A DNA stretch of 64,000 nucleotides from an uncultured Desulfobacter sp. Its GTDB lineage: Bacteria > Desulfobacterota > Desulfobacteria > Desulfobacterales > Desulfobacteraceae. The notes under the pieces were generated by a model that ran no database searches, was not told the DNA's origin, and was given only the letters and a program-made list of their open reading frames with translations. This document shows, one piece after another, positions 31,718 through 47,476 of this stretch. The DNA lies in contig OY762069.1 of assembly GCA_963665095.1 (NCBI GenBank), positions 480,001 to 544,000 of the forward strand, in the 5' to 3' direction. The first letter of the stretch is position 1. The number at the start of each line of letters is the position of its first letter. The position numbers were made by a program, and so were the translations under genes.

Positions 31718-31785
31718 GGCTTTTTGGTTGATTTGGATTGATTTGTGAAAACAAACACTAACATATAGGCGCAAAGGTAGATCAT

Positions 31786-32688
31786 ATGGCAACGTTAAAA
31801 GAAGTAAAATCGAAAATAGTCAGTGTTAAAAAGACTAGACAGATTACCTCTGCCATGAAAATGGTCGCCACTTCAAAACTGCGCGGCTCTCAGAATGCCA
31901 TGGAAGCATTCAAACCCTACGCTTCCAAATTTGCTGAAGTTCTGGGATCCATTGCCGGGAAATCAGGAGAGGATGCATCACCTCTTTTGGTACCCAAGGA
32001 TGAAGTTAAAAAGGTGGCCCTGCTCCTGTGCACCTCTGACAGGGGCCTGTGTGGCGGATTTAATAGTAATTTAATTGATAAAGCTGATAAGATGCTTGCA
32101 TCTGAGCTTGAAGGCAAGGAAGTTTCCTTTGTCTGCTACGGTAAAAGAGGCCGGGACTGGGCAAAGAAACAAGGTGTCACCATCGACGACGCGTTCATTG
32201 GCGTCATGGGCGGCAAAGTGGACTTTTCCGTGGCTTCCGGTTCAGGGCAGACATTGATCAACAAGTTCCTTGATGGAGATGTTGATGAAGTATATCTGAT
32301 CTATTCTGAATTCCAGGGCATGGCCAAACAGGTGCCGACGGTAAAGCAGATTCTTCCCATCCCGTCTCTTGCAGACATTGTGGATGAGGACGCTGCTGCC
32401 GCACCCGCAGAAGACGGCACCTTCCTGCCGGAGCATATCTGCGAGCCGTCTTCTGACGCGCTTTTAGGTGAAATGCTGCCCAAGAATATCTTTATTCAGA
32501 TATTTGATGCACTGCTCCAGACCTCAACATCTGAACATGCCGCCCGTATGCGGGCCATGGAAAATGCGACCAAGGCATGTGAAGATATGGTGGATGAGCT
32601 GCAGACCATATTCAATAAAACAAGGCAGGCTGGTATTACCAACGACTTGATGGATATTGTCGGCGGTGCCGAAGCCCTTAAGGGATAA
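31786..32688 (+). CDS. atpG: F1 ATP synthase gamma subunit
   Basis: QITSAMKMVA, SDRGLCGGFN, SEHAARM. Confidence 0.97.
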   Translation: MATLKEVKSKIVSVKKTRQITSAMKMVATSKLRGSQNAMEAFKPYASKFAEVLGSIAGKSGEDASPLLVPKDEVKKVALLLCTSDRGLCGGFNSNLIDKADKMLASELEGKEVSFVCYGKRGRDWAKKQGVTIDDAFIGVMGGKVDFSVASGSGQTLINKFLDGDVDEVYLIYSEFQGMAKQVPTVKQILPIPSLADIVDEDAAAAPAEDGTFLPEHICEPSSDALLGEMLPKNIFIQIFDALLQTSTSEHAARMRAMENATKACEDMVDELQTIFNKTRQAGITNDLMDIVGGAEALKG

Positions 32689-32727
32689 TCAACTTAAGAT
32701 ATACGCTTAGATAAAACAGCTTTATAG

Positions 32728-34143
<1,416 letters not shown>

Positions 34144-34160
34144 CCATTCGGAGGTTCATT

Positions 34161-34568
34161 ATGGCTGATAAATTTTTTCTTGAAGTTGTAACGCCGCAAA
34201 CGGCTGTGGTCAGTGAAGAGATCCAAAGCGTTGTGGCACCCGGCACAGAAGGTGAATTTGGTGCGCTTAAAGGTCATACCACCTTTCTGACCTCGCTTAA
34301 AACCGGTTCCCTTCGTTATAAAGATGCTTCCGGTAAAGAGCGGGTGCTTTTTATCAGCGGCGGATTTGCCGAGGTGTTGCCTGATAAGGTAACGATTCTT
34401 GCAGAATCAGCAGAACGTCGGAAGGATATCGATGTCTCCAGGGCAAAAGAAGCCCAGGGGCGTGCTGAGCAACGCCTTAATGCAAAATCGGATGATATTG
34501 ATTTGGTTCGTGCCCAGGCAGCTTTGCAAAGGGCATTGTATCGGATAAAAGTTGCCGGAACCAGGTAG
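34161..34568 (+). CDS. atpC: F1 ATP synthase epsilon subunit
   Basis: [22 protein letters not shown]. Confidence 0.96.
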   Translation: MADKFFLEVVTPQTAVVSEEIQSVVAPGTEGEFGALKGHTTFLTSLKTGSLRYKDASGKERVLFISGGFAEVLPDKVTILAESAERRKDIDVSRAKEAQGRAEQRLNAKSDDIDLVRAQAALQRALYRIKVAGTR

Positions 34569-34632
34569 GGTATTACACGTTTGAGCTAATAATCAAACAT
34601 CCAGGCAATAAATGCTGGAAAAAGTATAATTT

Positions 34633-34662
34633 AAAAGGGATGCCCAAAAGGCATCCCTTTTT
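34633..34662 (+). terminator. Intrinsic terminator of the atp operon
   Basis: AAAAGGGATGCC-CAAAA-GGCATCCCTTTTT. Confidence 0.85.
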
Positions 34663-34699
34663 AGCTCTATGTAAATTAAGTTATTGATCAGGGGGGGGG

Positions 34700-35452
34700 A
34701 TGGATAACATAGCAGTTGTAATTTTAGCAGCAGGGAAGGGTACTCGCATGAAATCCGACCTTGCCAAGGTCCTTCATCAGGTAGCGGGTAAAAGCATGCT
34801 TACCCATGTGATTGAATCAGCCCTGGCTGTGACTCGCGATCACATTCATGTGGTGGTTGGACACCAGGCGGAGAAAGTAAAGACAATGGTTTTAAAAAAC
34901 CATCAGGTTTCTTTTACTCTTCAAAAAACACTTCTTGGGACTGGTGACGCTGTCAGAACTGTACTACCCGAACTGTCTGGATCTATAAGGCATATATTGG
35001 TTCTGTGCGGGGATGTTCCTCTGATAAAGCAACAGACGCTTCTTGACCTGGTTAACTCTCATTTGACTGCACAGGCGGATCTTACCGTTTTAGCAGTGAA
35101 TGTGAAAGATCCTACCGGGTATGGAAGGATTATTCAATCCCATGAAGGTTCTCTTCTTGCTATACGAGAAGAAGCAGATGCTACTGTTGCTGAAAAAAAA
35201 ATTAATCTTGTCAATTCTGGGATTTTTTGTTTTGAAAAAAAATTTATTGAATCGGGTATTGAATTAATTACAAATGATAATAAACAGGATGAATATTATT
35301 TGACCGATCTTGTTCAAATTGCAGTTGAACAACAGGCAAAAACCTGCATTGAAGTAACCAACGATGTAGAACAGGTGATGGGGGTTAATACCCTTGAACA
35401 GCTAAACTGCATCAATAAAGCCTTTCAAGATGTACCAGATGAATTACCTTGA
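34700..35452 (+). CDS. glmU: GlmU-like uridyltransferase domain only (no acetyltransferase domain)
   Basis: LAAGKGTRMKS, LGTGDAV, GDVPLI, GYGRI, EYYLTD, MGVN; ends at 250 aa. Confidence 0.85.
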   Translation: MDNIAVVILAAGKGTRMKSDLAKVLHQVAGKSMLTHVIESALAVTRDHIHVVVGHQAEKVKTMVLKNHQVSFTLQKTLLGTGDAVRTVLPELSGSIRHILVLCGDVPLIKQQTLLDLVNSHLTAQADLTVLAVNVKDPTGYGRIIQSHEGSLLAIREEADATVAEKKINLVNSGIFCFEKKFIESGIELITNDNKQDEYYLTDLVQIAVEQQAKTCIEVTNDVEQVMGVNTLEQLNCINKAFQDVPDELP

Positions 35453-35477
35453 CTTTAATCAGACTGCTGAATATATT
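35449..35477 (+). promoter_or_regulatory. Sigma-70 promoter for zapB-zapA
   Basis: TTGACT-N17-TATATT. Confidence 0.6.
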
Positions 35478-35511
35478 GATGGATAATTAGTATCTAACGA
35501 GACTTAAGAAA

Positions 35512-35772
35512 TTGGGTAATGAAGATATAACAGCTAAATTTGACGACATTAATATCCGTGTCGACTTTCTCATTGAGTCCTGTCAGATTCTTGAACAGGA
35601 GAATAAGAAGTTGTCCTTACAAGTTAAGGAGCTTGAAAGTCAACTGAACCAGAAAGTCAAAAAAGAAGATGTTTATGTCGGCAGGGAGTCGTTAATTCAG
35701 GAAAAAATAAACAGACTCCTGTTGAAACTGGACGGTTTCTCGGAAACAACGTCTGGGGATGTTAGTAAATAA
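35512..35772 (+). CDS. zapB: Cell division protein ZapB-like coiled coil
   Basis: Short coiled coil upstream of zapA. Confidence 0.65.
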   Translation: MGNEDITAKFDDINIRVDFLIESCQILEQENKKLSLQVKELESQLNQKVKKEDVYVGRESLIQEKINRLLLKLDGFSETTSGDVSK

Positions 35773-35811
35773 AGCGCTTGAATATATAAAAATTCAGGAA
35801 AAGGATTTTCC

Positions 35812-36108
35812 TTGGATGAAATTGTTAAAATTGAACTTTTCGGGGAAGAATTTAATTTTAGACCGGAAGATAACAAGACATATGATCCGGTAAAAATTGC
35901 AGCACACGTAAAGGAGTATATAAAAGAAGCAGAAGCACGATTTCAAAATAAAACGAGCCAAAAAAACAGAATTGCTATATTGCTTCTGGCAGCTATGAAT
36001 TTATCAAAAGATTACAATGAGTTGAAGCTGAAATATTCCGACCTTGAAAAGAATGTTGAAAACAGAGTGTCATCCTTATTGGAAAAAATAGATAAGACAA
36101 TTGATTGA
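35812..36108 (+). CDS. zapA: Cell division protein ZapA
   Basis: VKIELFGEEF...IAILLLAAMNL; zapA-6S-rny synteny. Confidence 0.82.
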   Translation: MDEIVKIELFGEEFNFRPEDNKTYDPVKIAAHVKEYIKEAEARFQNKTSQKNRIAILLLAAMNLSKDYNELKLKYSDLEKNVENRVSSLLEKIDKTID

Positions 36109-36139
36109 TAGTCCAGTTGTCGATTGATACTATAACAAA

Positions 36140-36325
36140 ATCCCCTGCAATGTGCGTGATTGTCAAACAGTCTTTGTCCTAACGCATAAAATAACGGGGG
36201 CTCACGCTGATGCTGGTGAGCAGGTTCCCTATTTCTTACGGGAAAAGCCTAAAGGTATTATTGAACCCCCACTTTTGGACCTTTGGTTCAAAGCCTTAAA
36301 CGCAACACGGCAATTGTGGGGGAAA
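36140..36325 (+). ncRNA. ssrS: 6S RNA
   Basis: Closing stem TCCCCTGCAATGTGCGTG / CACGGCAATTGTGGGGGA, ~185 nt, between zapA and rny; promoter TTGATA-N17-TACTAT at 36105-36133. Confidence 0.85.
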
Positions 36326-36450
36326 TTGTTATAAATTCAAACGTTTTATTCTAATACCCTCCTTTTATCTTTATCCAATGTCTTGTTTTTAGAAAATAAA
36401 ACACGGATATTGAATCTGCCATATCCAAATGAAATTCAGGAGATAGTTGA

Positions 36451-38016
36451 ATGAGCTACATGATTATGCTTTCGATAATGCTGGTTATACTGCTGGTTGT
36501 CGGCGCGGGCATTTTGTTTGTTATAAAAAAGAAAATTGATCAGCAGCGACTTGATTTTGAGCAGGAACAAAAAGTAGCCATGGAAGAGGCTGGAAAAAAA
36601 GCGGAGACACTCCTTAAGGAAGCAAAGCTGGAAGCCCGTTCCCGTCTGCTTGAGATGAAAAGTACTTTTGACGCTGAAACAGAAGAAACCAGGGCCGAAT
36701 TAAAAAAAGAAGAGCGCCGACTGGCAAAGAAAAGTGAAAAGCTTGATAAGATGGAGGACCAGTTTGCCAAACAGGAAAAAATTATAGAAAAAAGTGAAAA
36801 AGAAGTGTTAAAGAAGTTGGAATCCGTTTCAAATAAAGAAGAACAGTATTTTTACCTTCTTGAAGAAACCAAAAGCGAGTTGGAAAAAGTTTCCGGAATG
36901 ACCCTTGAAGAGGCAAAAGAACTGTTGCTTAAGACTATGGAAGATGAGGCCAGGCATGAAGGGGCCAAGCTGGTAAAAAGGATAACTTCAGAGGCAAGGG
37001 AAAAGGCCGATAAAGAAGCAAAAAAAATAATTTCAACGGCAATTCAGCGCTATGCAGGAGATTATGTAGCAGAGCGGACAGTGTCTGTTGTTAATTTGCC
37101 TGGAGATGAAATGAAAGGCAGGATTATTGGCAGGGAAGGGCGCAACATACGTGCTCTGGAGGCGGCCACCGGTATAGACCTGATTATTGACGACACTCCC
37201 GAAGCGGTTATTCTTTCAGGATTTAATCCTGTAAGGCGGGAAGTAGCTAGACTGGCGCTGGAAAAATTGATTTCTGACGGAAGGATTCATCCCGCCCGTA
37301 TTGAAGATGTTGTCGAACGTGCAACAGAGGAAGTTGATTTGGCTATTAAGGAAGCCGGTGAGCAGGCTGCTTTTGATTTGGGTGTCCATGGGATTGATCC
37401 TGAATTGATAAAAGTGCTTGGAAAGCTAAAATTCCGCACATCTTATGCCCAGAATGTACTGCAACATTCGGTTGAAGTAGCCTTTTTGTCAGGTATTATG
37501 GCAGCTGAATTAGAGCTTGATGTTAAACTTGCCAAACGAATGGGTTTGCTTCACGATATTGGTAAAGCAGTTGATCACGAAGTGGATGGCGCTCATGCCA
37601 TCATTGGGGCCAACCTTGCCAAGAAATATGGAGAAAAGCAAAGTGTTGTAAATGCCATTGCGGCCCATCATGAAGATCAGATGCCTGAAACTGTTTACGA
37701 TTTTATTGTTCAGGCGGCAGATGCCCTGTCTGGCGCCAGGCCTGGTGCTAGAAAGGAGAGTTTAGAAAATTATGTCAAACGCCTTGAAGACCTTGAGGGT
37801 ATAGCAAATGGATTCGACGGAGTGGTAAATACCTATGCCATTCAGGCAGGGCGTGAAATCAGGGTAATTACGGAAAGTGAGAAAATCTCAGATGAAAGCG
37901 CCATGCTTCTGTCAAAGGATATTGCCCGTAAGATTGAAGAAAATTTAACATTTCCCGGACAGGTTAAAGTTGTTGTTATCCGGGAAACCAGAGCAGTTGA
38001 ATACACCCGAAAATGA
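36451..38016 (+). CDS. rny: Ribonuclease Y
   Basis: TM, coiled coil, KH ([13 protein letters not shown]), HD (LLHDIGK). Confidence 0.97.
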   Translation: MSYMIMLSIMLVILLVVGAGILFVIKKKIDQQRLDFEQEQKVAMEEAGKKAETLLKEAKLEARSRLLEMKSTFDAETEETRAELKKEERRLAKKSEKLDKMEDQFAKQEKIIEKSEKEVLKKLESVSNKEEQYFYLLEETKSELEKVSGMTLEEAKELLLKTMEDEARHEGAKLVKRITSEAREKADKEAKKIISTAIQRYAGDYVAERTVSVVNLPGDEMKGRIIGREGRNIRALEAATGIDLIIDDTPEAVILSGFNPVRREVARLALEKLISDGRIHPARIEDVVERATEEVDLAIKEAGEQAAFDLGVHGIDPELIKVLGKLKFRTSYAQNVLQHSVEVAFLSGIMAAELELDVKLAKRMGLLHDIGKAVDHEVDGAHAIIGANLAKKYGEKQSVVNAIAAHHEDQMPETVYDFIVQAADALSGARPGARKESLENYVKRLEDLEGIANGFDGVVNTYAIQAGREIRVITESEKISDESAMLLSKDIARKIEENLTFPGQVKVVVIRETRAVEYTRK

Positions 38017-38047
38017 TAAGCAGGCAACAATAAGGAAAAAAGTAAGG

Positions 38048-39334
38048 ATGAGTGTTTTATCGGTTTTAAAAGAGCGCGGATTTATTGAAGCTACCACCCA
38101 CACCCAGGAACTTGAGGAGTATTTAGAAAATAACAGGGTGACCTGCTATATCGGTTTTGACCCCACAGCCTCAAGCCTGCATGTAGGAAGCCTTGTCTGC
38201 ATTATGGCGCTGGCTCACATGCAAAAGCATGGGCACCGCCCCATCGGACTGGTGGGGGGTGGTACCGGGCTTATTGGTGACCCCTCCGGTAAAACCGAAC
38301 TGCGCAAAGTACTGACCTTAGACCAGATTGATGAAAATAAAGCTGGCATTCAAAAGCAATTATCCAGGTTTATAGATTTCACTGAAGACCGGGCGTTACT
38401 TCTTGATAATGCTGAATGGCTCGCTAATCTGGAATACATTCCCTTTTTAAGAGACATTGGCCGCCATTTTTCGATCAATAAAATGATAAAGGCGGAAAGT
38501 GTCAAGTCACGGATGGACTCCGAGGATGGCCTGACCTTTATTGAGTTTAATTATATGCTTCTCCAGGCCTATGATTTTATGGAGCTTGCCAAAACCCACA
38601 ACTGCCTGCTTCAAATGGGTGGTAGTGATCAGTGGGGAAATATTGTGGCCGGTATTGATCTGGTGCGTCGTATGCTTGGTAAACAGGCCTTTGGTATTAC
38701 ATTCCCATTGATAACCACCGCATCCGGGATAAAAATGGGGAAAACCCATAAAGGGGCCGTTTGGCTTGATCCGGGACGGTTTTCACCCTATGAGTACTAC
38801 CAGTTCTGGGTAAACAGTGACGATCAGGACGTGCCAAGATTTTTAGCTTTGTTTACCTTTCTTCCCATGGAAGAGATAGAAGCGGTAAAAAGACTTGAAG
38901 GTGCAGACCTGAACAAAGCCAAGACAATACTATCCTATGAGGCAACCAAAATTGCCCATGGGGAAGAAGAGGCCAAAAAATCTTTTCAGGCATCCGCCTC
39001 CATGTTTGGATCAGTGGAGGTCCCTGAAGACCTTTTGCCGTCTGCAACGATTCCAAGGGGAACGATTACATCAGGTGCTGACGTATCCGTTCCTGCTTCA
39101 ACCTACGCTACAGATGATGTGATCGGTAAGAAGATGGTGGTGGACCTGTTTTGTGAAACCGGTCTGTGTAAATCTAAATCTGATGCACGGCGCCTGATCA
39201 AACAGGGAGGGGCATATATCAATGGCGAGCGCCTTGAATCCTTTGAGCAGATAGTGGTTGAAACGAACATAAAAGATGCGGAAATTTTGCTACGGGCGGG
39301 CAAGAAAAAATATCATAAAATTATTCTAAAATAG
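38048..39334 (+). CDS. tyrS: Tyrosine--tRNA ligase
   Basis: YIGFDPTASSLHVGS, QMGGSDQWGNI, KMGKT, C-terminal S4 domain. Confidence 0.97.
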   Translation: MSVLSVLKERGFIEATTHTQELEEYLENNRVTCYIGFDPTASSLHVGSLVCIMALAHMQKHGHRPIGLVGGGTGLIGDPSGKTELRKVLTLDQIDENKAGIQKQLSRFIDFTEDRALLLDNAEWLANLEYIPFLRDIGRHFSINKMIKAESVKSRMDSEDGLTFIEFNYMLLQAYDFMELAKTHNCLLQMGGSDQWGNIVAGIDLVRRMLGKQAFGITFPLITTASGIKMGKTHKGAVWLDPGRFSPYEYYQFWVNSDDQDVPRFLALFTFLPMEEIEAVKRLEGADLNKAKTILSYEATKIAHGEEEAKKSFQASASMFGSVEVPEDLLPSATIPRGTITSGADVSVPASTYATDDVIGKKMVVDLFCETGLCKSKSDARRLIKQGGAYINGERLESFEQIVVETNIKDAEILLRAGKKKYHKIILK

Positions 39335-39346
39335 TTAAAAAATAGT

Positions 39347-39435
39347 TTGACAAAACGAGGACTCGCCTGTATATTGTCCTGGTTTTGTCAAGCAGGAAGC
39401 AAAAAACAAAACAAAAAGTTTGATCTTTGAAAATT
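39347..39435 (+). promoter_or_regulatory. rrn promoter and boxA
   Basis: TTGACA-N17-TATATT at 39347-39375; boxA-like TGATCTTTGAAAA at 39421. Confidence 0.8.
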
Positions 39436-39530
39436 GGTCAGTGAAAAAGAAAAGAGCGGGTCAATGACAATACGCTTTCAAGCTTAACAGCTTTAAGCGT
39501 AGACCTTAAAAAGTTTTAGTAAAGGATTAT

Positions 39531-41089
<1,559 letters not shown>

Positions 41090-41153
41090 CAAAGGAAAGA
41101 ATAAATAAAAGCTCTTCTCGGCTTCACTGACCAACTTTGAGAGATCAAGGTTT

Positions 41154-41231
<78 letters not shown>

Positions 41232-41234
41232 CGT

Positions 41235-41310
41235 GGGGAATTAGCTCAGCTGGGAGAGCGCCTGCCTTGCACGCAGGAGGTCAGCGGTTCGATCCCGCTA
41301 TTCTCCACCA
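41235..41310 (+). tRNA. tRNA-Ala(TGC)
   Basis: Cloverleaf, CTTGCAC anticodon loop, CCA end. Confidence 0.97.
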
Positions 41311-41566
41311 CCCTGAACAAATTCTGCAAACTTACAGTTAAGAAAGTACACTTTTTTGGCTGTATATTTGCGGATAAACTCTCACACGATCTTTGACAAT
41401 TTGTTGTAGTAAATATCAATAGCGTTGTTGATCAGGTGCTAATGAGCACCAAATCAACTAAATATAAAAAGGTGTGTGAATTCAACAGAACGAACACTCC
41501 TTGCTATGTTGATGAAAACTTTGTGAACAGGCGCTTGAACAAACTAAAACCTTCGGAAACGATATA

Positions 41567-41685
41567 TTTTTGAAAATTTTAGTGAAATTCAAGGCGCAGG
41601 CTTTTCGACTGAGTGAGTCGACCTTTCGGTCATCGATCGAAGGAGATAAAGACTGCAACGCCGAATTTCACAAAATTTTCAAAAA
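41567..41685. repeat. MITE/ERIC-like palindromic element in the 16S-23S spacer
   Basis: 23/24-bp terminal inverted repeat TTTTTGAAAATTTT(A)GTGAAATTC with inner AAGGCGCAG...CTGCAACGC. Confidence 0.6.
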
Positions 41686-41722
41686 ACATCAAAGCGTTTA
41701 AACTTATTTGTGGAATTAAATA

Positions 41723-44699
<2,977 letters not shown>

Positions 44700-44831
44700 T
44701 TTTTCCACGAATAAATTTAGACGCTTTGATGAAGGACATAGCAAGCTTGATATAGCTACAACAGATTACATATTTGGACCCAAGGTACATGTCATGTATA
44801 ACTTTCTGAAGTACCAGGTCCGACCAGTGTA

Positions 44832-44948
44832 ACCGGTGGTAATGGCGAAGAGGCCACACCCGTACCCATCTCGAACACGGAAGTTAAGCTCTTTAGCGTC
44901 GATGGTACTGCATGGGAGACTATGTGGGAGAGTAGAACGCCGCCGGTT
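44832..44948 (+). rRNA. rrf: 5S rRNA
   Basis: CCCATCTCGAACACGGAAGTTAAG...GATGGTACTG...GGGAGAGTAG; closing stem ACCGGTG/CGCCGGT. Confidence 0.97.
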
Positions 44949-45306
44949 CTTCTTCAAAAGGCTCTGATTATCAATAAGATAGTCAGGGCCTTTTACTTTT
45001 TGGTGCCCATCTCGAACCCGGAAGACCCGATTATATGTTTTGGTCTTTAGCGTCGATGGTACTGTCATAGGAGTGTATTGTTTGGGAGAGTAGAACGCCG
45101 CCGGTTCTTCTTCAAAAGGCTCTGATTATCAATATGATAGTCAGGGCCTTTTACTTTTTGGTGCCCATCTCGAACCCGGAAGACCCGATTATATGTTTTG
45201 GTCTTTAGCGTCGATGGTACTGCACTAAGATTGTACTGTTTGGGAGAAAAGAAGCCTGTTGGTCCTTTCAAAAAAGCCCATATCATCATAAGATGGTCTG
45301 GTTTTT
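44925..45306 (+). repeat. Tandem repeats of a truncated 5S sequence plus terminator, period 158 bp
   Basis: 44925-45064 and 45083-45222 are identical at 139/140 nt; degenerate third copy from 45241. Confidence 0.9.
44956..45001 (+). terminator. rrn terminator (second copy at 45114-45159)
   Basis: AAAAGGCTCTGATTATC...GATAGTCAGGGCCTTTT followed by a T tract. Confidence 0.85.
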
Positions 45307-45823
45307 ATCCTTTTAAGCTTGAAGAAAGCTTAGCAGTCAATCTACTGATTTAATTTTGGGCGGCAATTCATCTCACACCCATTTAAGTATTTTACCGCAG
45401 ACTCCCTTGCAATAGTTTCAGATAGCAAAGCGTTGACCTTATATCGTTCAGATAAATTCAGGACTCCTTACTTGGAGGAAAAATCATGACACTTCAAGGC
45501 GTGAGTTCTCGTCCCAAAGTTCTTTGCTGGCCAGTTCATAATGCAGCCTGAATTGTGTGCCGGGAAAATTTATTTCGGTATCATTTAGATGCTCAAGCAG
45601 TTTTTGTATTTTTTTATTTGCTGCTGGCCTGGCTGCATTATGGATTCGTACAAGCAGTCGGCTTTTTGGTATCAGCGGCCAGAAAACCAGCCAAAACCAA
45701 CAGTCCCAAAACCAGCCACCATCAACACATGACGCACCTGTTCGTTATCGGTGAAAACCAAAGACAAAAAATTCCCTATCGGAGCCGGTATTGAGGGCTG
45801 CCTATTTGTAATTCTGCATATTT

Positions 45824-46054
45824 TTATCTCTTGCGATAGCTTTTCCCCTCCAGTATCAGGATCTTGGAGTTGTAAACAAGTCGGTTGGCAATTGCTGTGG
45901 CAACGGTTGTCCCATCAGAAATCGTTCCCCATTTTGCAAACGGCGGGTTTGTCGTGATGATGGTTGATTTCTTTTCATGCCCGGCGCTAATTGCCTGGAA
46001 ACATAAATTTGATCCCTGTTTGCCCAGCGGAAGATAACCGATCTCGTCACACAC
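45824..46054 (-). pseudogene. istB: IS21-family IstB ATPase C-terminal remnant
   Basis: DEIGYLP...STIITTN...AIANRL...LEGKSYR; 5' part missing. Confidence 0.85.
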
Positions 46055-46094
46055 AAGGAGATCCTGTGATTGATTGTCAGGCGGGGCGTGAACA

Positions 46095-46294
46095 TGTCAT
46101 AAATCTCCCGGTTTAAAAATGTAGGCGATTAAAGGGCCGGCCTCCAGACGCATGTAGACCGGCCTCGGCTTTGTTATTCTTCCGTCACATCTTTCATTCT
46201 AAAACTCTTACCCTCAATGACCACAGGCTAGAAGCCTGTCCAGCAAAGCTGATGTTAATGTCATGTCATTGTTTAAGATCTCCGGCCAATCTTT
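46095..46294 (-). mobile_element. istB: Right end of a second IS21-family element with a frameshifted istB tail
   Basis: KDWPEILNNDMTLTSALLDRLL / VVIEGKSFRMKDVTEE* (stop 46174-46176); terminal TGTCATAAATCTCCCGGTTTAAAAATG at 46095. Confidence 0.72.
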
Positions 46295-46444
46295 TGCGAC
46301 ACCCTGAAGTGGACCCCATGTCAAGACCGATTTTAACGTTTTTTAAGCTACATTTTCTCTGTTTCTAATTTCGAATCAGCCTGTTAAAGACCCTCTTTTC
46401 CGGCATATTTTTCTTGATATTTAATACCGCTATGTTATCCTCCC

Positions 46445-46561
46445 GCCGCCAACCCGGAGGATAGGGCAATGCTGGGAAGCAACCTGAGCGCCGTGGCTGG
46501 CGACGAAGACATGGGGGCAGTATACGTTTAATGTATGCTGTCCTTCCCCCATGTTTTTGTC
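46445..46561 (+). ncRNA. Candidate structured small RNA inside the IS3 right-end region
   Basis: Promoter TTGATA-N16-(TGn)TATCCT at 46414-46441; nested stem with GGGA tetraloop; long hairpin with T tract. Confidence 0.55.
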
Positions 46562-46637
46562 CTTAATGCGTTAAATCCTCGCGCCTTAGCGCGAAATCAA
46601 TACCCCGTAGGGCCGCCGGAGGCATCAGGCCTTTCCT

Positions 46638-47476
46638 TTAAGCCGCTCGATAGACCGAAAACGGCACCTTATACCCCAGGGCTGAATGAAGTCTCTCCCG
46701 ATTATAAAACCCGATAAACGCTTTTAACGATTGCTGAGCCTCTCTTACCGTTCTGTAGTCCTTCAAATAGACTTCTTCGTATTTAATCGTTCTCCACAGC
46801 CGTTCCACAAAAACGTTGTCCAAGGCTCTGCCCTTTGAATCCATGCTGATTTTGATGTTTTTAGCCTGGAGTATCTTCAAAAATTTTAATGAAGTGAACT
46901 GACTACCCTGGTCAGTGTTGAAAATCTCAGGTGTCGATACAATCAATGCCTCCTCAAGGGCCTCAATACAAAATGTATTCTCAAGGGTGTTACTGAGGCG
47001 CCATGAAAGGACATATCTGCTAAACCAATCCATAACCGCCGATAAGTACATAAATCCGTTTCCAATTCTAATGTATGTGATATCTGTACTCCATACCTGA
47101 TCTGGCCTGTCAATTACGGCATTTTTCAGCAAATAGGGGTAAACTTTATGGCTTTCATCCCTCCTTGTTGTTTTAGGTCCTGGGTAAATCGCTTCTATTC
47201 TCATCAGCTTCATCAGGCGCTGTACTCGTTTCCTGCTTACCGGATACCCCATATTGTTCAGCCAGGCTGTAAGCCTACGGCTTCCATAAAAGGGGGTTTT
47301 GGTATGCTGCTCATCAAGCAGATCCATAAGGGTTAATGTATACGGGCTTATGGCTACCGGCCTGTAATACAACGCCCCTTTTGAAACCTGAAGCAGTTCA
47401 CACTGCCGGTTAATGCTGATGGAAGGATGTTGTTTATCTATCAACCCCCTTCTGTCAGAGATTGATTGTATTAACC
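46638..47476 (-). CDS. IS3 transposase OrfB (DDE domain)
   Basis: FYGSRRL, WSTDITYI, FNTDQGSQF, DNVFVERLWRTIKYE; frame open back to the A9 run. Confidence 0.92.

Noticed and set aside
36152..36334. 60-aa ORF between zapA and rny
   Set aside because: Overlaps the 6S RNA
44925..45306. CRISPR array (repeat and constant-length spacer appearance)
   Set aside because: Repeats are 140 nt and derived from 5S, the two spacers are homologous (12/18) and no cas genes are in the window
45486..45794. GGAGG-ATG ORF with an early TGA and several short overlapping frames
   Set aside because: No frame gives a recognisable product; likely debris beside the IS remnants
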